From Actinomycetota bacterium (lineage in GTDB: Bacteria; Actinomycetota; Thermoleophilia; Gaiellales; Gaiellaceae): a DNA stretch of 49,297 nt. The first letter of the stretch is position 1. Each line of letters opens with the position of its first letter. The stretch lies in assembly GCA_005883965.1 (NCBI GenBank), contig VAWL01000069.1, forward strand, positions 1 through 49,297. The letters are read 5' to 3'. Of the stretch, positions 6,711 through 14,752 are shown piece after piece. The translations under genes were made by a program, and so were the position numbers. The notes under the pieces were generated by a model that did no database searches, was not told where the DNA came from, and saw only the letters and a list, made by a program, of their open reading frames with translations.

Positions 6711-8654
6711 GTGGCCGTTCGTCCACAGCCCCGAGCGCGTCTGCGACCTGCTTCCGCCCACCCGTCAACCGCGGACTTCGCCGCTAGACTTCGCGCCTTG
6801 CGGGCGGAAGTGGGGACGAGTGCGCTCCGGGTGCGGAGGCGTCGGCGTGCGAGGGCACGCCGGCTGCTCGCCCAACGCCTGGGCGCGCTCGCGGCGGTCT
6901 GCGTGTTCGGCGGAGTGGTCCTCGGACTCGCGTTCGCGGGCTCGCCGGACAAGATCGCGGGTGGGGTCCGCATCTCCGGCGTCAACGTCGGCGGGCTGAC
7001 ACCGGACGAGGCGACGGCCAAGCTCGAGGCTCGGGCGCGCGCCGTGGCAAGCGTTCCGGTCGTTTTCACCGCAGAAGGGCACAGCTGGAAACTGCGCGCG
7101 ACCAACCTCGGCGTCGAGGCCGACTGGCGAGCGGCGGTCAAGCTGGCGCAGCGCGACGGCCGTGGCTTCGCGCCCTTTCGGGGCCTGCGCAGGATCGGCG
7201 TCCGGGTTTTCGGCGCCGACGTCACCCCGCCGGCCCGCGTCTGGAAGCAGGCCCTGCGCGTCGAGCTCGCACGGATGAGCCGCGCCGTGGGTACGCCGCA
7301 CCGCGACGCTGCGATCGTGCTCCGCGGCCCCACGCCGACGATCGTCGGAGCACGGACAGGCCGCGCGCTGCAGAGCTCGACGGCGGGCGCCGCGATCGTG
7401 CAGGCCCTCGCCGGCCTCGACCGCGGCCAGCCGGTCTCGCTGCCGGTCGTGCTCGACCGGCCCACGGTCACCGCTGCGGACCTCGCGCCGGCCGTGAACC
7501 AGGTTCACACGTCGCTTTCGCGGCCGATCCGGATGAGCCTCGGCCGCTCGTCCTGGCTGCTGCGGCCCGGCCAGGTCTCCGCGCTGCTCTTGCTGCCGCA
7601 CGGCGGCTCGACTTCGCTCGCGATCGGGGGCCGCGCCGCGGACGGCTACTTCAAGCGACTCGCGCACGGGATCGGCCGGCCCCCGCGCAACGCCGGCTTC
7701 AGCGTCTTGGCGAACGGCCACGTCGCCGTCGTCCCGGCGCGCCCCGGACGCGTGATCGACGTCGCCGCGACGCGCCGCGACATCCTCGCCGCCGCGCTCT
7801 CTCCGACGCAGCGAAGCGCTCGCGTGGTTGTCGCAACCCAGGCGGCCAGGCGCTCGACCGCGGAGGCCCGGGCGCTGGGGATCACGACGAAGATCGGCAG
7901 CTACGAAACGATCTACGGCGGCGATCCGAACCGGATCCACAACGTCCAGCTCGTCGCCAAGTTGATCGACGGCAAGCTGATCGCGCCGGGCGCCACCTTC
8001 TCGTTCAACCATGCGACCGGCGCGCGCACGGCGGCCAAGGGCTTCCTCGAGGCGCCGGTGATCATCAACGGCGAGGTCACGACCGGTCTCGGCGGCGGCG
8101 TCTGCCAGGTCTCGACGACGGTGTTCAACGCCGCCTACGAGGCCGGCCTGAGGATCACCGCGCGCACGAACCACGCCCTCTACATCAGCCACTACCCGCA
8201 GGGCCGCGACGCGACCGTGGACTACCCCGACGTCGACCTGCGCTTCGTCAACGACACCCAGCACTGGATCCTGGTGCGTACCTTCGTCGGCTCGTACTCG
8301 CTCGATGTCGGCCTCTACGGATCGCCCACCCACCGCCGCGTCGTCAGCGAGGCCCGGCCGCTCGTCGACACCGCTCCGCCGCCGACGAAGCGGACCCCGG
8401 ACCCCACGCTGTACCAGGGCGTGACCGTCGTCGACGACACCGGCGAGCCTTCCCGCTCGACCAGCGTGCGCCGCCTCGTCTACCTGCCGGGCGGGAAGCT
8501 GCTCTACGACAACACCTGGTACTCGTCCTACCGCGCCGAGCCGCGCCTGGTGCGGTACGGGACGAAGCCGAAGGCCAAGCCGAAGAAGGGCCCGAGCGGC
8601 CCCAGCGGGCCGAGCGGCCCGAGCGGCGCGACCGGCCCTAGCTCTCGGCGCTAG
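6711..8654 (+). CDS. VanW-domain cell-wall protein with N-terminal TM anchor
   Basis: The VanW core is recognisable (FSFNHATGARTAAKGFLEAPVIINGEVTTGLGGGVCQVSTTVFNAAYEAGL, HYPQGRDATVDYP). TM segment LGALAAVCVFGGVVLGLAF. C-terminal KPKAKPKKGPSGPSGPSGPSGATGPS tail. The start is uncertain; an in-frame GTG near 6810 is also possible. Confidence 0.8.
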   Translation: MAVRPQPRARLRPASAHPSTADFAARLRALRAEVGTSALRVRRRRRARARRLLAQRLGALAAVCVFGGVVLGLAFAGSPDKIAGGVRISGVNVGGLTPDEATAKLEARARAVASVPVVFTAEGHSWKLRATNLGVEADWRAAVKLAQRDGRGFAPFRGLRRIGVRVFGADVTPPARVWKQALRVELARMSRAVGTPHRDAAIVLRGPTPTIVGARTGRALQSSTAGAAIVQALAGLDRGQPVSLPVVLDRPTVTAADLAPAVNQVHTSLSRPIRMSLGRSSWLLRPGQVSALLLLPHGGSTSLAIGGRAADGYFKRLAHGIGRPPRNAGFSVLANGHVAVVPARPGRVIDVAATRRDILAAALSPTQRSARVVVATQAARRSTAEARALGITTKIGSYETIYGGDPNRIHNVQLVAKLIDGKLIAPGATFSFNHATGARTAAKGFLEAPVIINGEVTTGLGGGVCQVSTTVFNAAYEAGLRITARTNHALYISHYPQGRDATVDYPDVDLRFVNDTQHWILVRTFVGSYSLDVGLYGSPTHRRVVSEARPLVDTAPPPTKRTPDPTLYQGVTVVDDTGEPSRSTSVRRLVYLPGGKLLYDNTWYSSYRAEPRLVRYGTKPKAKPKKGPSGPSGPSGPSGATGPSSRR

Positions 8655-9045
8655 CGATCTCCTCGAGCAGCCAGGCGGGAACGCGCGTCGGCCGGTGGGT
8701 CACGGCGTCGACGCAGGCGTGGTGGCTCCAGCCCTCGGCCAGGCGCTCTCCGTTCCGCTCGACCAGGTAGTCGAAGCGAAAGCGCGCGCCGCGGAGCTCG
8801 CCGCAGGCGCAGAGGACGGTCAGCCGGTCGTCGAAGCGCGCCGGCGCCAGATAGCTCACGTGCGCTTCGGTCGTCAGCGCCTCGATGCCCTCCGCCCGCA
8901 GCTCGGGGTAGCCGCCGCGGAAGCGCGCGAGGTAGTCGATCCGCGCGACCTCGAACCAGACGAGGTAGACGGCGTGGTGCGCGACGCCCTGCGCGTCGGT
9001 CTCGGCGAAGCGCACCCGGACCTCGGTCGCGAAGCGAAAGTCCAC
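8638..9045 (-). CDS. acyl-CoA thioesterase, 4HBT/YbgC family
   Basis: 135 aa. VRVRFAETDAQGVAHHAVYLVWFEVAR is the classic hot-dog 4HBT N-terminal motif. Confidence 0.85.
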   Translation of the reverse strand: MDFRFATEVRVRFAETDAQGVAHHAVYLVWFEVARIDYLARFRGGYPELRAEGIEALTTEAHVSYLAPARFDDRLTVLCACGELRGARFRFDYLVERNGERLAEGWSHHACVDAVTHRPTRVPAWLLEEIASAES

Positions 9046-9221
9046 GGCGGAACTCTAGGACGGTTCGGCGGAACCTTGCTCATCGTCGGGGGTGCGAGGC
9101 AAGGACGCAGGGAATCCCTGTAGTGGTTGCTACAGGGACGACTGAGGACGCAGGCTCGGGGCGGACAGCGCGGCCCGACGGCACAGACCAGGTTTCGTCG
9201 AAGCCCTCCTATGATCGGCCG

Positions 9222-9992
9222 ATGGGCGCGCGGGAGCTTGCGGAGCTGATCCTCGAGCGGCAGCCGTGCGTGGCACTCACCGGCGCGGGTGTGAGCACCG
9301 AGAGCGGAATCCCGGACTTCCGCTCGCCGACGGGGATCTGGGCGCGCTTCGACCCGCTCGAGTACGGCTCGATCGAGGCCTTCCGCGCCGATCCCCGCAA
9401 GGTCTGGAGCTTCTACAAGCCGCGCGTCGCGATGCTGGCCGAGGCCGAGCCGAACCAGGCGCATCTCACGCTCGCCGAGCTCGAGCAGCTCGGCGTCCTG
9501 GAGGCGGTCGTGACCCAGAACATCGATCTCCTGCACGAGCGCGCCGGGAGCCGCGAGGTGGTCGAGGTACACGGCTCGATCCGCAGCTCGACCTGTCCTG
9601 GCTGCGGGGAGCGCGTGGCCCTCGCGGACGTGCTCGAGCTCCTGCGCGAGGCGGATGCTCCGGCCTGCCCGGATTGCGGCGAGATCCTCAAGCCTGACGT
9701 GGTCTTCTTCGGCGAGCTGCTGCCGCCCTCCGCGATCGACCGCGCGTTCGAGCTCGCGCGCCGGGCCCGGCTGCTGCTGGTCGTCGGCTCGGCGCTCGAG
9801 GTGCACCCGGTCGCCGGGCTGCCGCTCGAGACTATCGCCGCCGGCGGCGACCTCGCGATCGTCAACCGCGGACCGACCGCGCTCAACGACCGGGCGGCGC
9901 TGCGGATCGACGGCAGTGCCGGCGAAGTGCTGGCGGGCGTTGCCGAGGCGCTACGCGGAGAGCAGCCGCAACAGCCTGAGCACGCTCGGTGA
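9222..9992 (+). CDS. cobB: NAD-dependent protein deacylase (Sir2 family)
   Basis: Motifs seen: ALTGAGVSTESGIPDFRS, VTQNIDLLHERAG, and zinc cysteines CPGCG...CPDCG. The in-frame ATG at 9222 is preferred over the track start at 9123. Confidence 0.88.
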   Translation: MGARELAELILERQPCVALTGAGVSTESGIPDFRSPTGIWARFDPLEYGSIEAFRADPRKVWSFYKPRVAMLAEAEPNQAHLTLAELEQLGVLEAVVTQNIDLLHERAGSREVVEVHGSIRSSTCPGCGERVALADVLELLREADAPACPDCGEILKPDVVFFGELLPPSAIDRAFELARRARLLLVVGSALEVHPVAGLPLETIAAGGDLAIVNRGPTALNDRAALRIDGSAGEVLAGVAEALRGEQPQQPEHAR

Positions 9993-10367
9993 GCGCAGGA
10001 GGAGCCCGCGGATGGTCAGCTCGCCGCCGAGCTGGCGCTTGAGTGCCTGCCGCCCGCCTGACGACCACGCCTTCGGTACCGGGCCGCGGAACGGCACGCG
10101 GGTCAGCGCCAGGATCGCGTCCTCGTCGCCGGCGATCCGGATCCTCGGCGCGGGCTGCTCGCCGTCGCCGACGCGGATCCGGTCGCGCTCGAAGTCGATG
10201 GTGACGGCGCGGTCGGTGTCCTCCGCGCGGATCAGCACCCGCCCGCCGAGACCTTCCCGGGCGCGCCGGCCCTCCTCGCGCTCGAGGTTCCGGGCAATCG
10301 CGTCGCGCAGCGCGAGCGCGAGCTCGGAGGTCGTTCCCTTGTCCAGGTCGATGCGGTCGCCCGCCAC
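9951..10367 (-). CDS. SCP2 sterol-binding-domain protein
   Basis: 138 aa. The pattern RVLIRAEDTDRAVTIDFERDRIRV...IAGDEDAILAL...GELTIRG is typical of small SCP-2-like proteins. Its 3' end overlaps cobB by 42 nt. Confidence 0.55.
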   Translation of the reverse strand: MAGDRIDLDKGTTSELALALRDAIARNLEREEGRRAREGLGGRVLIRAEDTDRAVTIDFERDRIRVGDGEQPAPRIRIAGDEDAILALTRVPFRGPVPKAWSSGGRQALKRQLGGELTIRGLLLRSPSVLRLLRLLSA

Positions 10368-10407
10368 GCAGCCATTGTCGCGGCTGCGGGCGGGGCTGCG
10401 TGCGGAG

Positions 10408-10575
10408 TTACGCGGCCGCGCGCTTGAGCGGGCGCTCCTCGAGCACCCGCTGGCAGTCGGAGCACACTGTCCGCTCGACCTCGAAGGGGACGCCGAACCG
10501 CTGTAGGAGCACGTAAGTCCGGGTCGCCTGGTGCGTGTGCGCTCGTCTGCGAAGGGGGGTAAAGAGCTGTGTCAT
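10408..10575 (-). CDS. possible small protein (55 aa) with HxH...CxxC
   Basis: Hand translation gives MTQLFTPLRRRAHTHQATRTYVLLQRFGVPFEVERTVCSDCQRVLEERPLKRAAA. ATG start, TAA stop, high third-position GC. It falls below the size cutoff of the ORF track and has no recognised family. Confidence 0.3.
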   Translation of the reverse strand: MTQLFTPLRRRAHTHQATRTYVLLQRFGVPFEVERTVCSDCQRVLEERPLKRAAA

Positions 10576-10625
10576 GTCTTCGAAATCAGCGTAGCGCTGG
10601 ATTCGGAAGATACGACGCCCAAATG

Positions 10626-10656
10626 GGTGACGAAGTTGTGACGATTTCGTGTCAAC
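10626..10656 (+). promoter_or_regulatory. direct repeat GGTGACGA-AGT-TGTGACGA plus overlapping imperfect inverted repeat (GTTGTGACGA-TT-TCGTGTCAAC) upstream of the L,D-transpeptidase gene
   Basis: Read directly in the comparatively AT-rich 107-bp divergent intergenic region 10576-10682. The direct repeat matches 6677-6695. Confidence 0.5.
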
Positions 10657-10682
10657 GCGGGATTCCGACTAGCCTGCAAGGC

Positions 10683-11441
10683 ATGCAGGCGCGTCTCCGG
10701 GCGCTGTGCGTGTTGCCGCTGGCCGGCCTCCTCGCGGCCTGCGGCGCAAGCGCGCGGACGATTCAGGAGCCGCCGTCGCAGGCCGGGGCCGCTCACTGTC
10801 GCAGCGGCTCGATCAGGGCCGTCGGCTCGCACCGCGTTGCGGTCGCCGCTGTCGTCCGCACCCACGCCGCCGCCTACCGGCGGCCGGGCCGCCGGCCGTT
10901 CGCCGACTTCGGGCGGCTGAACGTCAACAGCTTCCCGACGTTCTTCCGCGTCCTGGCCGCGGTCCGCCGGCACGACTGCCGTGCCTCCTGGTACCGCGTC
11001 CAGCTCCCGCTCAGGCCGAACGGCGTTACCGGCTACGTGCGAGCGGGCAGCGTGCGCGTCGGGCCGGTGCGCACGCGGCTCGTCGTCGACGTCTCGGCGC
11101 GGCGGCTGACCCTCTACCGCAGCGGCCGGCCCGTCCTCTCGACGGCGGTCGCCGTCGGCTCGCAGGCGACCCCGACGCCGGTCGGCAGCTACTACGTCAA
11201 CCAGCTGCTGATCCCGGCCGACACCTCGGGCCCCTACGGGCCTGGGGCGCTCGGGATCTCGGCCTTCTCGAACGTGCTCACCGGCTGGACGCAGGGCGGC
11301 CCGGTCGCGATCCACGGGACGAACGAGCCCTGGTCGATCGGCCACTCGGTCTCGAACGGCTGCATCCGCGTACGCAACCCGGTTTTGCGGCGCCTGTTCG
11401 CCGCGACGCAGGCCGGGACGCCGGTCCTGGTCCGGCGCTGA
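10683..11441 (+). CDS. L,D-transpeptidase (YkuD domain) lipoprotein
   Basis: YkuD catalytic motif HGTNEPWSIGHSVSNGCIRV. N-terminus MQARLRALCVLPLAGLLAACGAS has a lipobox (LLAAC). The ATG at 10683 is in frame with track ORF 10569..11441. Confidence 0.85.
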   Translation: MQARLRALCVLPLAGLLAACGASARTIQEPPSQAGAAHCRSGSIRAVGSHRVAVAAVVRTHAAAYRRPGRRPFADFGRLNVNSFPTFFRVLAAVRRHDCRASWYRVQLPLRPNGVTGYVRAGSVRVGPVRTRLVVDVSARRLTLYRSGRPVLSTAVAVGSQATPTPVGSYYVNQLLIPADTSGPYGPGALGISAFSNVLTGWTQGGPVAIHGTNEPWSIGHSVSNGCIRVRNPVLRRLFAATQAGTPVLVRR

Positions 11442-11507
11442 GTGGGTGTGCGTCATGGCCGAAGTGGGCACGCGTTAGGCTCATCCCGACGAAAGGCGGT
11501 TCAGACG

Positions 11508-11789
11508 ATGGCCCAACCACAGCGAAAACCGGACCTGATCGGCAAGCTCGCCGACCGCGGCGAGGACGTCGTCGGCAAGATCAGCGACTTCCCGTCGGCG
11601 CAGCGTGTGGTCGACGCCGCGGCCGGGCTCAAAGCGCGCGCGGACGAGATCCAGCGGCGCCTGCGCGGCCTCGACGAGCTCGAGAAGCGCGTGGCGGCTC
11701 TCGAGAAGAAGGTCGACCGGCTGGCGAAGCCGGCCCCGAAGCGCTCGGCAGCCAAGCGGACGACGACCCCGCGCGCGAAGAAGACCTAG
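11508..11789 (+). CDS. hypothetical coiled-coil protein with basic C-terminal tail
   Basis: The ATG at 11508 is preceded by GAAAGGCGG. Heptad-like RLRGLDELEKRVAALEKKVDRLAK. No family recognised. Confidence 0.55.
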   Translation: MAQPQRKPDLIGKLADRGEDVVGKISDFPSAQRVVDAAAGLKARADEIQRRLRGLDELEKRVAALEKKVDRLAKPAPKRSAAKRTTTPRAKKT

Positions 11790-12685
11790 GCGGGGACCCG
11801 TAGGCGCAGGCTGCGCGGGACGACGTCGAACCTGACCGGCGTCGTGCCCGGCTGCTCGCCGTCGAGCTCGACCGGCAGCGGCTCGGCCGCGTCAACCTCG
11901 ACCGCCTTCCCCCGCAGCAGCTCGGCCTTCGGGTGGGGGAGATGCCTGCCGCGGTACGTCTTGGGCAGGGTCAGGAGCAGGTCACGCTTGCTCAGGTCGC
12001 CGATCAGGAGGACGTCGAGCAGCCCGTCGTCCGGATCGGCCTCGGGGCAGATCATCATCCCGCCGCCGAAGTAGCGCCCGTTGGCGACGACCACGTCGTG
12101 CATCCGGCCGCTTCGCCGCTCTCCGTCCACGGTCACACTGACCTGGTCGTTGCGCCAGCGCGCGAACACGGTCACCGTCGCCCAGAGGTACGAGACCTTG
12201 CCGCCGAGCGCCTTCGAGCTCTCGTTCGCCCGCTTGGCGATCGCGCCGCTCATCCCGGCGCTGGCGACGTTCGCGAACCAGGACTCGCGCTCGGCGCCGT
12301 CCCAGCCGCGGTACTGCGCCCGCCCCAGGTCGATCTCGCGAGAGCGGCCACCAAGTGCGATCGCGACTGCGTCGTCGAAGCGCCGCGGGATCCCGTAGGT
12401 GCGGACGAAGTCCCAGCCGGTGCCGCGTGGGATCACGGCCAGCTCGACGTCGAGGCCCGCGATCCCGTTGGCGATCTCGTTTACCGTTCCATCACCGCCG
12501 ACGGCGACGAGCAGGTCCGCACGGCCCGCAGCCTCGCGTGCGAGCTCGGTCAGCTGGCCAGGCCGCTCGGAGATCAGGGCGTCGCCCGCGAGACCCAGCG
12601 TCGCCGCGCGGTGGGCGAGCTCGGGCCAGCGCCGGCCCGTGGAGCCGTTCTCCGAGGCGGGGTTGACGAGGAAGACGGTGCTAAT
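11786..12685 (-). CDS. diacylglycerol kinase-family lipid kinase (YegS/LCB5-like)
   Basis: The track ORF (GTG 12436) is N-terminally truncated. The same frame stays open up to a TGA at 12698-12700 and encodes STVFLVNPASENGSTGRRW...LLVAVGGDGTVNEIANG, the DAGK catalytic motif. There is no ATG, GTG or TTG upstream of VFLVNP. The only near-cognate codon is ATT at 12685. Confidence 0.8.
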   Translation of the reverse strand: MSTVFLVNPASENGSTGRRWPELAHRAATLGLAGDALISERPGQLTELAREAAGRADLLVAVGGDGTVNEIANGIAGLDVELAVIPRGTGWDFVRTYGIPRRFDDAVAIALGGRSREIDLGRAQYRGWDGAERESWFANVASAGMSGAIAKRANESSKALGGKVSYLWATVTVFARWRNDQVSVTVDGERRSGRMHDVVVANGRYFGGGMMICPEADPDDGLLDVLLIGDLSKRDLLLTLPKTYRGRHLPHPKAELLRGKAVEVDAAEPLPVELDGEQPGTTPVRFDVVPRSLRLRVPA

Positions 12686-13388
12686 GGGTGACCGTCGTCA
12701 GTGCGACGCGCGTCATCCGGTCGACCGCGGCGCGCAGCTCGTCGTCGGAGATCCGCGTGAACTCCTCGCCGATCACGATGTCGCTCACGGTCAGCAGGCA
12801 GCCCGCCTTGACGCCGCGCAGCGCGCCGATCGTGAACAGCACCGCCGCCTCCATCTCGACGCCGAGGACGCCGCGCTCGGACCAGCGCTTGTGCCGGCCC
12901 GGGTCGGGGTCGTAAAACGTGTCGCTCGAGGCGATCGCGCCGACGCGCACCGGCTGGTCGAGCTCCTTCGCCGCGTGGACCGCGCCGTGAACGAGCTCCC
13001 AGTCGGCGGTAGGCGTGTGCGGCTCGCCGCCGACGTAGTGACGCGCGGTGCCGTCGGCCGGGACCGCGGAGACGGCGACGATCAGGTCGCCGAGCTGCAG
13101 GTCCTGCTGGAGGCCGCCGCAGGTCCCGACCCGCAGGAAGCGCTTGACCCCGAGCTGGACGAGCTCCTCCATCACGATCGCCGCCGAGGGGCAGCCCATC
13201 CCCGTTGCCTGCACCGAGACCGGCGCGCCCTGGTACTCGCCCGTGTAGCCGAGCATCCCCCGCTCGCCGTTCCGCTGGACGGAATTGTCGAAGTACGTCT
13301 CGGCGATGTACTTGGCGCGCAGCGGGTCGCCCGGGAGCAGGCAGGCGTCGGCGTACTCGCCCGGCTCGGCTCGGATGTGGATCGGCAT
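12681..13388 (-). CDS. deoD: purine nucleoside phosphorylase, DeoD type
   Basis: Start MPIHIRAEPGEYADACLLPGDPLRAKYIAE (ATG 13388). Also GMGCPSAAIVMEELVQLG and GVEMEAAVLF. Confidence 0.9.
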   Translation of the reverse strand: MPIHIRAEPGEYADACLLPGDPLRAKYIAETYFDNSVQRNGERGMLGYTGEYQGAPVSVQATGMGCPSAAIVMEELVQLGVKRFLRVGTCGGLQQDLQLGDLIVAVSAVPADGTARHYVGGEPHTPTADWELVHGAVHAAKELDQPVRVGAIASSDTFYDPDPGRHKRWSERGVLGVEMEAAVLFTIGALRGVKAGCLLTVSDIVIGEEFTRISDDELRAAVDRMTRVALTTVTH

Positions 13389-13416
13389 CGGAGAGAGCCT
13401 AAAGTTTCGGGGGCCT

Positions 13417-14196
13417 ATGCCCGCGTTGAAGGAACCGACCCTGGACGAGATCCTCGCCTTCTGCGCCGAGGATCCGGTCGAGCGCGTCTTTCTCGAGGAC
13501 GTCGCCCGCCGCGGCCTCGGCCGCTTCACCGCGCTCGACGGCGAGTTTGGCCTCGCGGCGCTCTGCCACGTCGGCTCGAACATCGTCCCATCGGGCACGG
13601 GCTGCGCGGCGTTCGGGGAGGTAGCGGCGGCCGGTAACGCGCGGATGCTGATCGGCGAGGAGCGGGCGGTGGCCGAGCTCTGGGAGGCGGCGCGGCCGCA
13701 GCTGCCGGAGCCGCGCGAGGACCGGCCCGGCCAGCCGGTCTACGTGCTCGACGAGCCGCCGCGCTCGGGCGAGACAGGGCTGCGGCCGGCGGCGCGGGAC
13801 GACCTCGAGCTACTGGTGCCCGCGTGCGCCGCGGCGCACCTGGAGGAGATCGGGATCGACCCACTCGACCGCGACCCCGAGAGCTTCCGCTGGCGCACGC
13901 GCATGCAGATCGAGGACGGGCGCTCGTGGCTCTGGACCGACAACGGGACGATCCTCTTCAAGGCGGAGGCCTCCGCCTGGACGCCGTACGCAGTCCAGCT
14001 CCAGCAGGTCTGGGTCGACCCCGCTGTGCGCAACCGCGGTTACGCCCAGCGCGGCATGCGCGATCTCTGCCGGCTGCTGCTCGAGCGCCTGCCGGTCGTC
14101 TGCCTGTTCGTGCGCGCCGAGAACGCGGCGGCGATCCGCGTCTACGAGGCGATCGGCATGCGGCGGACAATCTCGTACCGCTCGCTGATCTTCTGA
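13417..14196 (+). CDS. GNAT family N-acetyltransferase
   Basis: ATG at 13417. The C-terminal acetyl-CoA site pattern QQVWVDPAVRNRGYAQRGMRDLCRLLL...VRAENAAAIRVYEAIGM is typical of GNATs. Confidence 0.75.
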   Translation: MPALKEPTLDEILAFCAEDPVERVFLEDVARRGLGRFTALDGEFGLAALCHVGSNIVPSGTGCAAFGEVAAAGNARMLIGEERAVAELWEAARPQLPEPREDRPGQPVYVLDEPPRSGETGLRPAARDDLELLVPACAAAHLEEIGIDPLDRDPESFRWRTRMQIEDGRSWLWTDNGTILFKAEASAWTPYAVQLQQVWVDPAVRNRGYAQRGMRDLCRLLLERLPVVCLFVRAENAAAIRVYEAIGMRRTISYRSLIF

Positions 14197-14252
14197 CCGA
14201 ACCCCCCCGAAAAGGGGAGGATTCGCCCCCTCCGACCGACGACAATCGGTGC

Positions 14253-14717
14253 GTGCGGCGTCTCGGCCTTACTGCGGCGGGCCTGGCGGCTCTGTGCGCC
14301 CTTGCGCTCGCGCTCGCGACGAACGGGCGGGCGAAGCCTGCGACTGGCCACACGTGCTCGGCGACCGACCGCCAGTTCATCCAGGCGGCGGCCGTGAACA
14401 TGACCGCGCTCGGCCTCTGGGGCGAGCAATACGAGAGCGGCGACGCCAAGGCGGGCGAGGTGATCTCTGAGGCCAAGCGCGAGGAGAAGACGATGCGCGC
14501 GATGGGGCCGACCGATCCGTCGCTCGCGCAGGCGCGGCGCCTGCTCGTCGGGATGCTCGCCGAGTACGCCAAGGCCCTCGAGATCCAGCAGCACCACGGG
14601 AACGCGGGCCCGCACATGTACCGGGCGTACGGGCTTGCCAACTACGTGCACGGCGTGCTCCAGAAGGCCCAGCCGGCTCTCGTCACCCGCGGCTGCGACC
14701 TGACCGACCTCCTCTGA
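14253..14717 (+). CDS. secreted hypothetical protein
   Basis: In-frame GTG at 14253 gives the signal peptide VRRLGLTAAGLAALCALALALATNGRA. No family recognised. Confidence 0.5.
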   Translation: MRRLGLTAAGLAALCALALALATNGRAKPATGHTCSATDRQFIQAAAVNMTALGLWGEQYESGDAKAGEVISEAKREEKTMRAMGPTDPSLAQARRLLVGMLAEYAKALEIQQHHGNAGPHMYRAYGLANYVHGVLQKAQPALVTRGCDLTDLL

Positions 14718-14752
14718 CCTGACAACCGGCGCGCGGGTGCAAGACTGTTCCC

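Noticed and set aside
6344-8333. 375-aa and 522-aa minus-strand ORFs opposite the VanW gene
   Set aside because: Antisense to a gene with a clear VanW core. The composition is Arg/Ala/Pro junk.
14197-14252. C7-GAAAA-GGGG / GGAGG...CCTCC hairpins after the GNAT gene as a terminator
   Set aside because: The stems are only 4-5 bp and no T-tract follows. Too weak to call.
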